The translations under genes were made by a program, and so were the position numbers. Under the pieces are notes generated by a model. The model was given only the letters and a program-made list of their open reading frames with translations, did not search any database and was not told where the DNA came from. DNA of 49,275 nucleotides, the filler included, from Catajapyx aquilonaris (Eukaryota), in the NCBI GenBank assembly GCA_000934665.2. It is 3 parts of 3 records of this genome, joined end to end, with 100 filler letters (N's around TTAATTAATTAA, not from the genome) between each part and the next. Parts side by side here need not be neighbours in the genome. Positions count along the whole stretch, not along the records: positions 32,924 to 49,275 come from JYFJ02007224.1; 2 more parts are not named here. One strand, written 5' to 3'. Positions 34,519 through 46,931 of the stretch are shown piece after piece (position 1 is the first letter of the stretch; every line of letters starts with the position of its first letter).

Positions 34519-35736
34519 TATGAACAAAAATTCACAGCCTCTACCGCCTCTACTCGCATGCACTCGCACACATGGATCTAAATCATATGCACGCTTTCCT
34601 AACCGCTCATAACTTCCCTTTACTAATAATAAACAGCCAATGGAACTTGGCAGTGTCTGTATTAGATCAGTGGTTCCCAACCTGGGGGTCGCGAAGCCGT
34701 CTCCGTGGGTGTCGAGGGTGGCCGCGATTATTTTAATATATATAAAATAATTACAATTAAAAAATAATATTACACGATTAAAAGCTGGTTTAATTCTTCC
34801 GACACTTTCTTTTGACGTTCTCGGCCTATCCCCGGGTTCAGTGTTGAATATCGCGGCTAATCCTGCAACTCTTCCTACTGGGGGATGCCAGTACTGCAGT
34901 CAGATGTGAGAGAACCGTAACTCATTATCCACTTCCCTTGCGGCGAGAAAAGAAAGCAAGTGTTACCGACAGCATCCAAGAGGTGGCGTTGGGGGAAGGG
35001 AGAAAAAGGAACGGCATCCCAACTCCACCTGTTGGGTGCTTTTGGTACCACTGCTTTTTTTCTCGCCGCAAGCGGCGCAAGGGGAAGTGGCCATTGAGTT
35101 ACGGTCTTCTCATATCTGACGGCAGCAGTAAGGACCTCGTTTGAAAAACCCGAATTATTTTACTTTGTTCATGAACGTCCGTGGAGTTTATATTGGCACC
35201 ATTGATAAACAACAGATTCCGACCTTGGCCGATATTCGATTCGGTTTGTTTACGGCACGTTCCATTCCCCCCTCCTCTCCCCCTCCCCTGTTGCGAGGTC
35301 ACCGTGAAGATGTGGCTGGTGGAGGAAGGTGGAAGAGGGTGGAGGGGTCTTCACGGGAGAGGAGAATGATGTGTCCTCGTTGACGTCCAGCAAGCGACTG
35401 TGCCGTTCTTCCACCCATTGCGCATGCTCGGAAGGGGGGCCAATTGGAGGCGTCATGGTAACAATGCGTCCAGGGAACAATGAACGCGGGCCAATGGGGA
35501 GGTGGGGGCAACAATGAGCGGCGGCGGACCAATCAGAGAGCTCGGCCCCCAACGCAAGCATTTTAATATTATAAAATATATTTGTAGAAGAGCATGTTAT
35601 ATTTTGAATTGTTATCTGCTGCTATAGTTGCACAAGATTTTCTTGAAACTGGTCATAAACAGTAGGCCCTCATGAGTATACAATACTGTACGAGGTAGTG
35701 ATAAATCATAAGTATTAGATGTGTCTGAGCATATAA

Positions 35737-36295
<559 letters not shown>

Positions 36296-36734
36296 CCAAT
36301 CGTTTTAAACAATGCTACAGGGTGTCCCCCAGGTCTGGACCCATTCCTATTGCATTATTGCACACATTGTATACCACATCGTTGTATACGTAGCATTATA
36401 TATACTACAACAATGCAATGTAATAAACAGACTTTGTGGGACACCCAGTAGTTTATTGTTCCTGATGTTCGCTCATTACGATATCGCCCCTGCGCAAAGC
36501 TCATTTTGTGTTTTATGTGTTGCAATAAATATAAGCATCCATTTTACTGTGTATTGTCCATTATTATTGTGGGCAGAATTGTCCATTTTTTATTATTGTA
36601 CCAGACGAAATTCAAATAATCGCGCCTTTATTTTAAATTCTCACTATCCGAATTTAGATGGCAGCACTTGCCGTTTAGAGCGTTAGTGATAAGCTATAAT
36701 CTATGGTCATTCGAATCTCAGCAGAACAGAAAGG

Positions 36735-36945
36735 TTCTCTTCTCTTCTATTTGGTTCGATTTTGGTTCTTCTCTGTTCTACTTTGGGTCTATTCTGTTCG
36801 ACTACGTTCTATTCTGTTCGATTACGTTCTATTTTGTTCGATTCGGTTCTATTCAGTTCTATTTTGGTTCTATTCAGTTCTATTTTGGTTCTATTATGTT
36901 CCATTCCGTTCTATTTTTTGGTTCTATTATGTTCTAATCTGTTCT
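36735..36945. repeat. Degenerate (TTCTA/TTCGG)-type low-complexity repeat immediately upstream of ERH
   Basis: Recurrent TTCTATT(C/T)(T/A)G units. Confidence 0.8.
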
Positions 36946-37006
36946 AAACTTGCAGGATCGAATCATATCTGGCAGTGTGAGCACCACTCGCAAACATACA
37001 TTGAAG

Positions 37007-37555
37007 ATGGTGAGTTCTTATCTGTATAATTGTTCTTTCACCATAAGCAGCGCAATTGCATGAAGCTACATATACAGCCAAAATTTACATAAAAATGCTC
37101 ATCGCATTGCAGAGTCATACCATCCTGCTTGTCCAGGCCAACACGGCGAGCAGCAGGACTTTCTGCGATTATGAGAGTGTGAATGATTGCATCGAAGGTA
37201 AGTAGTATACAGCATTTGCTGGTAATTAGAGCAATACATTTAAGCGCTTGCATCATTTGCAGGTGTTTGTAAGATTTATGAGGAGCATCTGAGGCAGCTG
37301 TATCCGAATCAGGTGAAGATCACGTACGACATTGCCCAGCTGTTTAACTTCATAGACGGCATGGGTGATCTGGCATGCCTCGTGTAAGTACATTTTGAGA
37401 GCAAGATTTGGAGTAGTAGGATTTAATTGGCAATTATTATTTTTTGTAGGTACCGGAGCTCCACCAAGACTTATGCTCCGTTCAACAAGCAATGGATCAA
37501 GGAAAAGATTTATATCCTGCTGCGGGGTCAGGTTGAACAGCGGAAGGGACAATGA
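37007..37555 (+). CDS. ERH: Enhancer of rudimentary homolog, 104 aa, intact, divergent
   Basis: Exons 37007-37009 (ATG only), 37113-37197, 37263-37383 and 37450-37555 give [104 protein letters not shown]. Missed by the ORF track. Confidence 0.96.
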
Positions 37556-38360
37556 GCCGCCCTTGCGCTTGCAGAACCACACTCTTTGCATTTGTTTGGT
37601 ACAATCCTTCGCAGTATTTTTTTGATTATTCATACGGATATTGCAACTACTGACAAGACAGTGAGAGTTGATTTTTTGTTTTTTTTCCGTTTGGTACCAT
37701 CCTTGTCATTATTTTTATGATTTATACTATGGACGTTGCGTTCATGTCAGTATTTTTATTTTATGTATACGGACATTGTGCAAATGACAATTATTATTAA
37801 GAGTTTTTTTTCTGTTTGGTACCGTACAGTCTGTGTCAGTATTTTTTAGGTTTTTTTGGAAGTTGCATCTGTGTCAGGATTTTTTTTCATTTATATGGAA
37901 AGTTGCGCGCACCAGACAAAGTGAGAATTGAGTTGTCCCTTTTTATAATTTTGAAGTGTGGTTCAAGTTGTAGTCTCTGATTATAGTCTCTATGTATTAT
38001 GTGACAAACCGGACATTTCCACATATCCGTCCAGCAGGGTTCCTCTTATTGTTAATTAGCTCAAAACCTTATTGTTGTGTCCAGGAATTGATTGATTATC
38101 CCTGCCAAAGTTCCTGATTGTCGCTATCATGCGTTAATCTCAACGCAAGTGTTTGCATGTAGCTAACAAGTGATTCCAAGTGCCATTGTGTATATGGACA
38201 AGTACAAATAAAAAGACTGATGTAAAAAAGAAAGAGGGCCAGTAATATATTACAAGCACAACCGCTGTGACCTTCACGTAGATTGTACTCCATATTAAAA
38301 GGTATATTATTATGCATAATATTTTAGTGTCTATAACTGTAAGAACTACCATATATAATC

Positions 38361-39006
38361 TCTATATCTATAAATAAGGAAGTTTGTCAGTTTGGATGTT
38401 TGTCCCTTATAGAAATCCAGGGGAAGGCCCCTACACCTCCTTAAATTAGCATATCGGGGGTTACTTTTTCCAAGGAATCTAACGCCGCATGTTTCAGCTT
38501 CCGAAAATGTACCTAACTGCCACAACACGCATATTCCCAATTAACCAATTGTCAATTACCTATTTAACAATATTCATAGATTTTTCGGGGAGGCGAAGTG
38601 GCGCTGCGGTAACGTATGCGCCCGCGGATGTTAAGGTCCCGGGTTCGAGCCCAACCCGGGGTTTCCTCCCTTCATCTCGCGTAGAGTAAGACCGTCTCTG
38701 GCTTCGTTTCGGGTGGCGATCCTTCCACATATGCCACCCGGGGGAGTTCACAAAACGGCACATCAACGTCTGTGCACACGCACTTTGCACATCCCCTCCC
38801 AGTTTCCCTGCCCGTGGGTCCGGGCGTATTCAAAAATAGACAACAGCCGTTTCCCTCCAATGGTGGTAATCCACCCCCCTATAGACGAAAAAGGTCATCA
38901 CGGGGTACTTAAAAAAAAACAAACATAGATTTCCATGGTAATGCCCTCATTACATTGTAGGCCTACCACCATAACATACCCGGGCAACGCCGCGGTAACC
39001 TGCTAG
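38361..39006 (+). mobile_element. Complete non-autonomous Helitron with a nested SINE
   Basis: 5' TC head TCTATATCTATAAATAAGGAAGTTTGTCAGTTTGG. 3' hairpin CCGGGCAACGCCGCGG followed by CTAG|T at 39003-39007. Confidence 0.75.
38587..38923 (+). mobile_element. tRNA-derived SINE (family of 7168)
   Basis: GGGGAGGCGAAGTGGCGCTGCGG (A-box), GGTTCGAGCCC (B-box), A-rich tail. TSD CATAGATTT at 38575-38583 and 38924-38932. Confidence 0.85.
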
Positions 39007-39330
39007 TAACTGATAAGTATGATAATAATTGGCTATGTATAACAGCTATAATAACTGATAAGTATGATAATAACTAGCTATGTATAACAGCTATAATAAC
39101 TAGATATGTATAACAGCTATAATAACTAGATATGTATAACAGCTATAATAACTAGATATGTATAACAGCTGTAATAACTAGCTATGTATAACAGCTGTAA
39201 TAACTAGCTATGTATAACAGCAGTAATAACTAATAAGTATGATAATAACTAGCTATGTATAACAGCTATAATAACTAGCTATGTATAACAGTTATAATAA
39301 CTAGCTATGTATAACAGTTATAGTAACTAA
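39007..39330. repeat. 26-bp minisatellite upstream of a zinc-finger gene
   Basis: Unit TAACTAGCTATGTATAACAGCTATAA about 9 times, interspersed with a TAACTGATAAGTATGATAA variant. Confidence 0.92.
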
Positions 39331-39687
39331 TGATATTTTTCAATATTAGCAGTTATTTAGTAGCGGCTGCTGTATATAACGTTTATGACCGTCGTTCATG
39401 AAGCGGTGGTTCGAATGCGCCCTGATGAAAAAAAAAATGTCGGACGATTTCAAGATGGCGGCCAATTTTGGGTGTTGTTTGATGAAAAGCTGACGGTTTT
39501 GTTCTCCGGGCTTCTTTTGCTTGAGTTTCTGGACAGTTTCTTGGGATGGAGACGGCTGAAGGGGGAGTTCTGGACCCATTTGCATTCATAGGGCATCCCT
39601 AGAGAGTCTGGCGTGGGTTAAACAAGATTGCCCAAAAAGGATTAATGTCACAGGCTCATTACTAATAAAACTGTTTCGCTTAGGATC

Positions 39688-41819
39688 ATGTCGACTGCTC
39701 CAACTATCAAACAGGAGGTGTTGGACGAAGAAGCGGATGACGCATTTCTGCTGGAGGATGATGAAAGGGCTGACGGTCCAAACACGACAGCCGAAGAAAA
39801 TGATTCAGGTCTGCAACTGAAGCAGGAGGCGGCTGAGGAAGAAGAGATGGTGGCAGCGCTGCCTGATTTCTCTGAACATGCGGACGACCCACTGGCAGTT
39901 CATGACGGAGAGACGGCGAGCCACGTACCAGAGCAACAGCCGTGCAGCGTACGTATAAGCAGGGCGTTTCATCATCATGCTTAATATTTACTCTTTAAAC
40001 ACTTACTATAGCAGCAGAACCAGTTCTTCTCATGCCCTGTTTCCATGGTTTGATGCCAGGGAGAGGCCCATTTCCATGTGGTAACCCGTTGCCCATGCTC
40101 AGCGTTGCCCATGTTCATCGTTGCCATGGACAAACTAACTAAGTAATAATTTTGCCTTTTATATACGTACATAAGAGACGAGCAGCGTATGGATGGAGGC
40201 CCCCTGAGGCCTGTTGCCATGGACAAACTAACTAACAAACTTTGCCTTTTATATAGCCTACATTCATAAGAGACTAGCAGCGTGTGGAGGCCTGTTGCCA
40301 TGGACAAACTAACAAACTTTGCCTTTTATATACATAAGAGACTAGCAGTGAATGCAGACCTGTTGCCATGGTAAACCCTTGCCATGGACAAACGAATGAA
40401 CGAACGAACTTTGCCTTATATATGCATAGAGACTCTAGTAGCGAAATCTGTTGCCATGTACTAGCCCGTTGCCATGGTAGTAACCAAATTTGGACAAATA
40501 ACCAAACTTCATTTTATGGTCATTTCATACCCGTTCACAGGACAAACAAATGAACGAGCTTTGCCTTTTATATAATATGTACTGGTATTCCTACTTGCTA
40601 CGGCAACCGTCGTTGCCATGGACAGACAAACAAACAAACAAATAACGAACTCTGCCTTTTATAAGCGTAGAGACTATAGTAGCTAAACTTGTAATCCATT
40701 GCCATGGTAGTAATCAAAAGTGGACGAACAAACAAACTTCTGTTTATACTCATTCGTAGGACAAACAAACAAACTTTGCCTCTTAAAATATATATGTACT
40801 AAACGTTCCTACTCTCGGGACTCTCGGTAGCCTGGAAGTGAGTTAGATATCCCAGACAAACGTACAAACTTTCCTTATGTAAATATAGAGATTAAGGATG
40901 GGAAGCACCGAACTTGGTGAAGCAAAGCTGACACTTACAAATGCGATTTGTTCTTTAATAAATGTGTTGCGCTTTTCAGGCAGAAGAGTTGACGGCTTGT
41001 GCGGGACGTGTGAAGATGATTGGTCGCAACAATGGGGCACGCTCAAGAGACGGGACGATTAGTTGTCCCCTGTGCCAGAAGAGGTTCTGTCGGAAGTACC
41101 TGTCGTTTCACATGAACACTCATACCGGAGAGAAGCTGTACAGTTGCGAGATATGCAACAGGAAGTTCAGCCAGTCCATCATATTGAAGCGTCACATGCG
41201 GACTCATACTGGGGAGAAGCCGTACAGTTGCGACGTGTGCCTGAAACGGTTTACGCAGTCATGCGGCTTGAAAAATCATTACAAGATACACACGGGTGAG
41301 AAGCCGTACACGTGCGAAGTCTGCCAGAAGAAGTTTCGTGAATCCACTCATTGGACGCGCCATATGCGGACTCACACCGGGGAGAAACTCTACAGTTGCG
41401 GCATGTGCCAGCAAAATTTCAGTCTGGTCAGTACGTTGAATTGCCATGTGCGGATGCACACAGGCGAGAAGCCATACAAATGCGAGTCATGCCAGAAGCA
41501 GTTCCGCGAATCATCTCATCTGAAGCTTCACATGAGGACGCACACAGGCGAAAAGCCATACACTTGCGGCACATGCCAGAAACCATTCCGGGACTCCTCG
41601 ACCATGAGAACCCACATGCGCACTCACACCGGAGAAAAGCCCTACACTTGTCACCTATGCCAGAAGAAGTTTACGCAACGAGTTTCTCTGAGAATTCATC
41701 TGCTGAACATACACAGCGAACGTGAGCCGTTCAGTTGTCAATCATGCGAGATGAAGTTTGACAAAACATCTAGTCTGCATCGTCACATGCAGGAAACGCA
41801 CTGTAACACAACTAATTAA
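39688..41819 (+). CDS. C2H2 zinc-finger protein, 9 fingers, acidic N-terminal exon
   Basis: Exon 39688-39948 (IKQE, LKQE, DDPL) splices in phase 0 to exon 40980-41819, which has nine CxxC...HxxxH fingers with TGEKP linkers. Confidence 0.92.
40040..40800 (-). repeat. Degenerate tandem array of mini-Helitron-like units in the ZNF intron
   Basis: Repeated GTTGCCATGG...AAACTTTGCCTTTTATAT...GAGACTAG. On the minus strand the units run TCTCTTATG...CCATGGCAAC...CTGCTAG, joined CTAG|TC (clearest at ~40272 and ~40340). Confidence 0.65.
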
Positions 41820-42287
41820 GTTGATCTAAATTCAGATTATGAGTATTACAAAACTTATTAATTTAGACATACCTTTACACTACTTTTACATTTATTGTTA
41901 TGTGGTAGTAATGTTGCGTAATTAGCACAAATGTTGTCAAGAAATAATGGAAAAGTGTCCTGCAATTGTAGATTAGGCAAGTAATTATGAACGTGCCGTT
42001 TAGACCTAATTATTGTGAGATGGTGCTGCGTAACGACTAGTCATAATTAGCCGGTGTTCTGACTTGATGTACTTGCTGTTTCTATGTGAAGATTGGGCGT
42101 GCAGTACGCAATGATGTGCAATTAAAATTTACTAATTAACTCCGTTGCTTTATGTAAGTATACATTTTTTTTTATTTCCATGAAATTGTAATTATTTACT
42201 GCTGTACATGTTTATTTACTAATAAAATGTCACCTACTATCCTACATGAACATCAAAAGTCGATCAAGAATTATATTAATATATTAA

Positions 42288-42318
<31 letters not shown>

Positions 42319-42327
42319 ATATATTAA

Positions 42328-42361
<34 letters not shown>

Positions 42362-42702
42362 TTACTATTAATATATTAAATTATATTAAAACCAAAAAAA
42401 TGATGATGTTAACCGCGACTGTTATTTCTTCGGTAGCAGCTATTTCGTAATCGCGTTTAATGAATTCGATCTGAAACAGGCGTCCGAACGCACCCGTCAC
42501 TGATTTGAAACAGGCGTCGGAACGCACCCCGAGCCACATTTCAAGATGGCGTCGCACAAATTGACATGAAAAGTTGGAAATTAATCGTTTTTAAACGATT
42601 TTAACCAGTACAGTGCATCGAATTTAAGTTAATCTGATTGCAGGGTGAGTCTGTGGTTCGTTCTAATTAAGGAGCTGGCTAATTAGTGGTTACATTTCCA
42701 GG

Positions 42703-43894
42703 ATGTATGGGGTGGCCGTCAAAGCGGAGGACGACGCAGTGGGCAATTATTGGAAGGTGAAGAAGGAGACTTGCCTTGATTGGGGGTCGACAAGTGTTAA
42801 TGAGGCTAATTATGAGGTGAAACTAGAAGCGGAAGAGATGGCGGCAGATGCGCAAGTTGATAACGAGGATGCGGACCCGTTAGAAATTAATTCAGAAGAG
42901 CAAAAGGTATCATCAGCTACACCACAAATGAATGCCTGTGACTAAAGTCCGCCGTACCTTTCAGGCGGATGATGCTGGGATCCAGCCGTTTCAATGCCGG
43001 ATTTGCCAGAAGACGTTCGCGTGCTCATCGAGTTTGGTCCGACATAATCAGACGCACACTGGCGCAAAGCCGTTTAGTTGCGAGATTTGCCATAAACGGT
43101 TCCGCTGGCCATATGCGCTGACGGCTCATATGATGTCGCACACTGGCGAGAAACCGTTTTGCTGCAGCGTATGTCAGAAGCGGTTCAGTCAGTCGACTAA
43201 CTTAAACACTCATATGCGGATCCATACGAATGAGAAGCCATACAAGTGTACGACATGCGACGTAAAGTTTGGCCACTCGGCATCATTTAAACGTCATATG
43301 AAGACACATCCCGTTAAAAAGTCGCTAAAGTGTGACGGTCACAATTTGAAGGCGGATTTAATAACTCATTCAAAGACATTTAAGTGTCATTTGTGCCAGA
43401 AAATATTTAGCCAGGCGAACGGCTTGGCGTATCACTTGCGGATACATGCGAAAGAGAAACCGTTTAGTTGCGAATATTGCCGTACGCAGTTTCGTGGCTC
43501 ATCAGGTTTGTCACGCCATATGAAGGTTCATAGCGACGAGAAGCCGTTTGTTTGCGACGTCTGCCAGAAGCCGTTTAGTCGAAAAGAAGACTGTAAGACC
43601 CACCTGAAAATTCACACAGGCGAGAAACCCTTCGGTTGTGAAATGTGTCCGAAAAGGTTCACCCAGAAAGTTAATATGGAGAGCCACATGCGGACACATA
43701 CGGGAGAAAAGCCTTTCGAATGCACCGTTTGTGACGGGAAGTTTAGCCAGTCGTCCACTCTTAAAACGCATATGAAGTTGCACGTAGCGGAAAAGCCGTT
43801 ACGATGCGAGATATGCCGGAGAAACTTTAGTAGGACGACCGCCTTGACGAATCATATGAAAAAGCATTCAAGAGATGCCGCTCACTTTTCATGA
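42703..43894 (+). CDS. C2H2 zinc-finger protein, 10 fingers plus one degenerate
   Basis: Exon 42703-42906 (VKAE, VKKE, VKLE, ADPL), a 58-nt phase-0 intron, then exon 42965-43894 with tandem fingers. 5'-UTR intron at ~42645-42701. Confidence 0.92.
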
Positions 43895-44424
43895 GCACAT
43901 ATTAACGGAGCTCATTAATACCAGAAGTGTCGGTAGAAAATGTGGCGAAGTTAAATGACAATTACTTTTTCCAGGCGTTAATTTGTGGCGACCGCTTATT
44001 GTAGAACACTAATGGTTTTGGTGAAAATGCCTATTTTCTTATCCGAACATGACTGATCTATGCACATGTTAAACTTTAATTAAAATGGCTAGAACCATAA
44101 TAATAACTATTGTTGCCTTACATTGCGTTGGACTGTGACATATTCTATGAAATAAAATAATTGCTATTAAAATTATTGTCGATAATTCTGCAGTGTTTGT
44201 AATTTGCACGAGAACTTTTCTTCAGAGTCGATCATTATTTGTTGTACAGGCGTACTCTTCATCCGTACTTTTAAATCCACCTGTCAACAATGAGCTGACA
44301 ACAATGTTCTAGCCAGAAAGGCTTAGCAACCTGTTTACACTTCGCTGCGGGTTTTGAGGGAGGATTGGGGTGTAGAACATACCGGGTACGCTTTAGCTAC
44401 GTACCAAGCGTAGCATACGTTACA

Positions 44425-45819
44425 ATGGCGCGACGGTCAATCTTCGTGAACCCTGTGCTCGTGCAACGTCTGACCAGCTTCAGTGCAGGGGTATCTGAGG
44501 AAGAATTTAAGGCTAAAACTGGGGTCAGGCCTGGCGCCATAAGATGGCGATGGGATTACGAAACAAACTCTCTGGAGGGAGAGGGGTAAGCATCGCTCAC
44601 AATTCAGTTGTTAAAGCATACGTAATAATTGTGATCGTATTCGCAGGCTACCGAAGGTAACATCTGCTAAGAAGAAATTGCCTAAAGTATGGGCAGCTGC
44701 TCGGAAACCTATGAAGGATGGAGAAGGCGCTAAAACCAGGCATAAACTGTGTAAGACATTATTTTCCGTATGTTGTTTAAAGTCGATATGTACAACAACG
44801 TTCTGATTTCAGCGGAGATCTGGGAGAAGTTGAACACCACGGTGTCGAGAAATGAGGTTCCTCGAGTGACCTTAGAGCACGTGAAGGTAGTGGCGCTCAG
44901 GAATCTGCTGATCGGCGGAAAGATTCCTTCCTTTTTCTTCAAACTAGTCAACCAGCCGTCGGTCATGGCGCTAATGGAAAGCTCAATAATGTACGTACCT
45001 ACGTATGTTATCGCATTCATGGCATTCAACACACTTCATTGCAGGTACTTCAAGGTGTTCTTTGCAATCGTCGAGATGCTGGGCATCAACGAGCTGTCCA
45101 GCGCACGCGAGAAGAAAGTGAATAGTCAGCGTAAGGAGCTTGCGTTTATCCGCAACATTCTGCAGAAAGTGAGGCGGAAGATGTCAACCGCATACTACCA
45201 CATCCTGCTTAGGAGTGATGATAATTTAACATCGCTGTCGTTGGTCGCTCAGCTGAAGTTGGCGACTCAAAATGACTGCGAGAAGTTTGAGCTCCTCTAC
45301 TTGTACGTTTGTTGTTAGCTGCACTTAAAATGTGATTATTTTGATAGTGTTGTTGTTGCAGCTACATTGCGAAATGCGTCGGAGTTGCTTTGAAGCAATC
45401 GAATGCAGATTTACTGGAGTTGGAGCTCAGTCGGCTGTTCCGTACAGATCCGTACAACCAGTTCTACCATCAGATGGAGGCCAGAGATAAACCTAATCGT
45501 CACCATCTGTACGAGATGCTTTCACTGGTGGATCCCACTGTGGAGGAAGCAAGAATTAAAGGAGGGTTCGCACGGAAGCCAAGTTGTTTAATCTGCAATT
45601 CGCCTTTAATGCTCGAGTCCATGGGACGAAACAGGTACGTTTGTACTTTAAACGCAACCAAAATTTGCCATCAATTTGATTTTATCGTGCAGAGTTATTC
45701 CCGACGTGACCGATGAAGAGGTGGCCTACTTGAACAGAATGAACATGGACGGGATTTGCATCCTCGGAGAGTATGTCGACAGATATGACGAAATGCTGCG
45801 TCCTAAAAAGGGAAGGTGA
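44425..45819 (+). CDS. PPP1R36: Protein phosphatase 1 regulatory subunit 36 homolog
   Basis: Six phase-consistent exons: 44425-44585, 44647-44750, 44813-44990, 45045-45302, 45362-45634, 45693-45819. Motifs WRWDYETNSL, VTLEHVKVVAL, MSTAYYHILL and TQNDCEKFELLY...LELELSRLFRTDPYN match remembered PPP1R36 VTLDDVKFVTL, LAQKYCILVL and TQKDWKFFESFY...IEEEVGRLFRTNMFN. Confidence 0.85.
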
Positions 45820-46931
45820 CGGAAAGGTGAGTTTAACAAAAGTGTTTGCTCGCAGAATAATTTTTGTAACATTGCCCCCATTTGTGGCAGGTGGAATAAT
45901 CCGCATTTGCTTGGTGCATAAGTTTGACAGGTGTTGATTCCCTCCGTGGCGGACGATGCGCATTGAACGAGTAGGAATAACAGAAGATGACACATATCAG
46001 CAAGATGCCATTTATTTTACAACTTTTTATTTATTTATATATATGTAGTTTTTTATACAAGTTTATCAAGCGTGTCATTTTAAATAATATGTTTTAAAAA
46101 TAATATGACAAGTTGTTTTTTTCTTCTGATTTTAATGAGTTTAGTGTGTTTTCTTCACCAGAGAAGATTTTTCTGATGCGTTCTGTACATGATCCGGTAT
46201 ATGATCAAGGAGGCATATTGTATGTAATGACAAGTAGCTACACCCGTAAATTACTGTACAAACTTTTCATGAGTAGAAAACAGTTCCCACAAAAAAAATA
46301 ATAATGCAAAAATTAGAATTGAGAAAAACTACACATCGCGATTCTCCAAAACTGAGACAAATGTCGACTGAACATCAATTCCAGTTTATCCAACATTGAT
46401 TCAGAAAGCATAATTCAATAATAATCCGCCCAAAAAGAAGCATAAAATCATTAAACTACTCAATTAGATGTCACTCAAGTTTAAAACTAGCAAAATAGCG
46501 GATAGCTCATAATATTATAGCGTTAACTTTAGCGGTTATTGTTAGTAACGGTTACTTTTAATCAGCGACGTGATTTTCAAGCAGTCCGATAAAAAAAGAC
46601 AGTTGACTAGCACTGAGCGTCGTTTTGTTCATAATTTTTCATTCTTTTTAAGCTAATTTGTGCCTCGATTTTTATTCTAATTTTTATAATAATAATAATA
46701 ACATTTTAATAATAATATTGGGGTTTAAATTATACCTGGAACATAGCACAAACGAGATGCTATGTTGGCAGCCGTCTGAATGCACCTGCCCTAATTTTTC
46801 AAGATGGCCGCCTTTGAAGGTAAAATTTTTATTTTCCTTTCGATTATGTTTTTATGCATAGATATTTTATTGCTTTTGAACTGACTTTGGCTGACTGGAG
46901 GCTTACTGAGGAATTGACATTTTTTGCAGGC

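Noticed and set aside
34254..34612. Poly-Ile / poly-Tyr ORFs
   Set aside because: These are translations of the (ATT)n microsatellite.
34668..35560. hAT-like left end (CAGTGGTTCCCAACCTGGGGGTCGCG) and downstream CCAAT cluster as a promoter
   Set aside because: No matching right TIR or TSD was found and no gene start follows. Probably TE debris, and I cannot delimit it.
44315..44330. RFX X-box upstream of PPP1R36
   Set aside because: Only a half site (TTAGCAAC) is present, too short to call.
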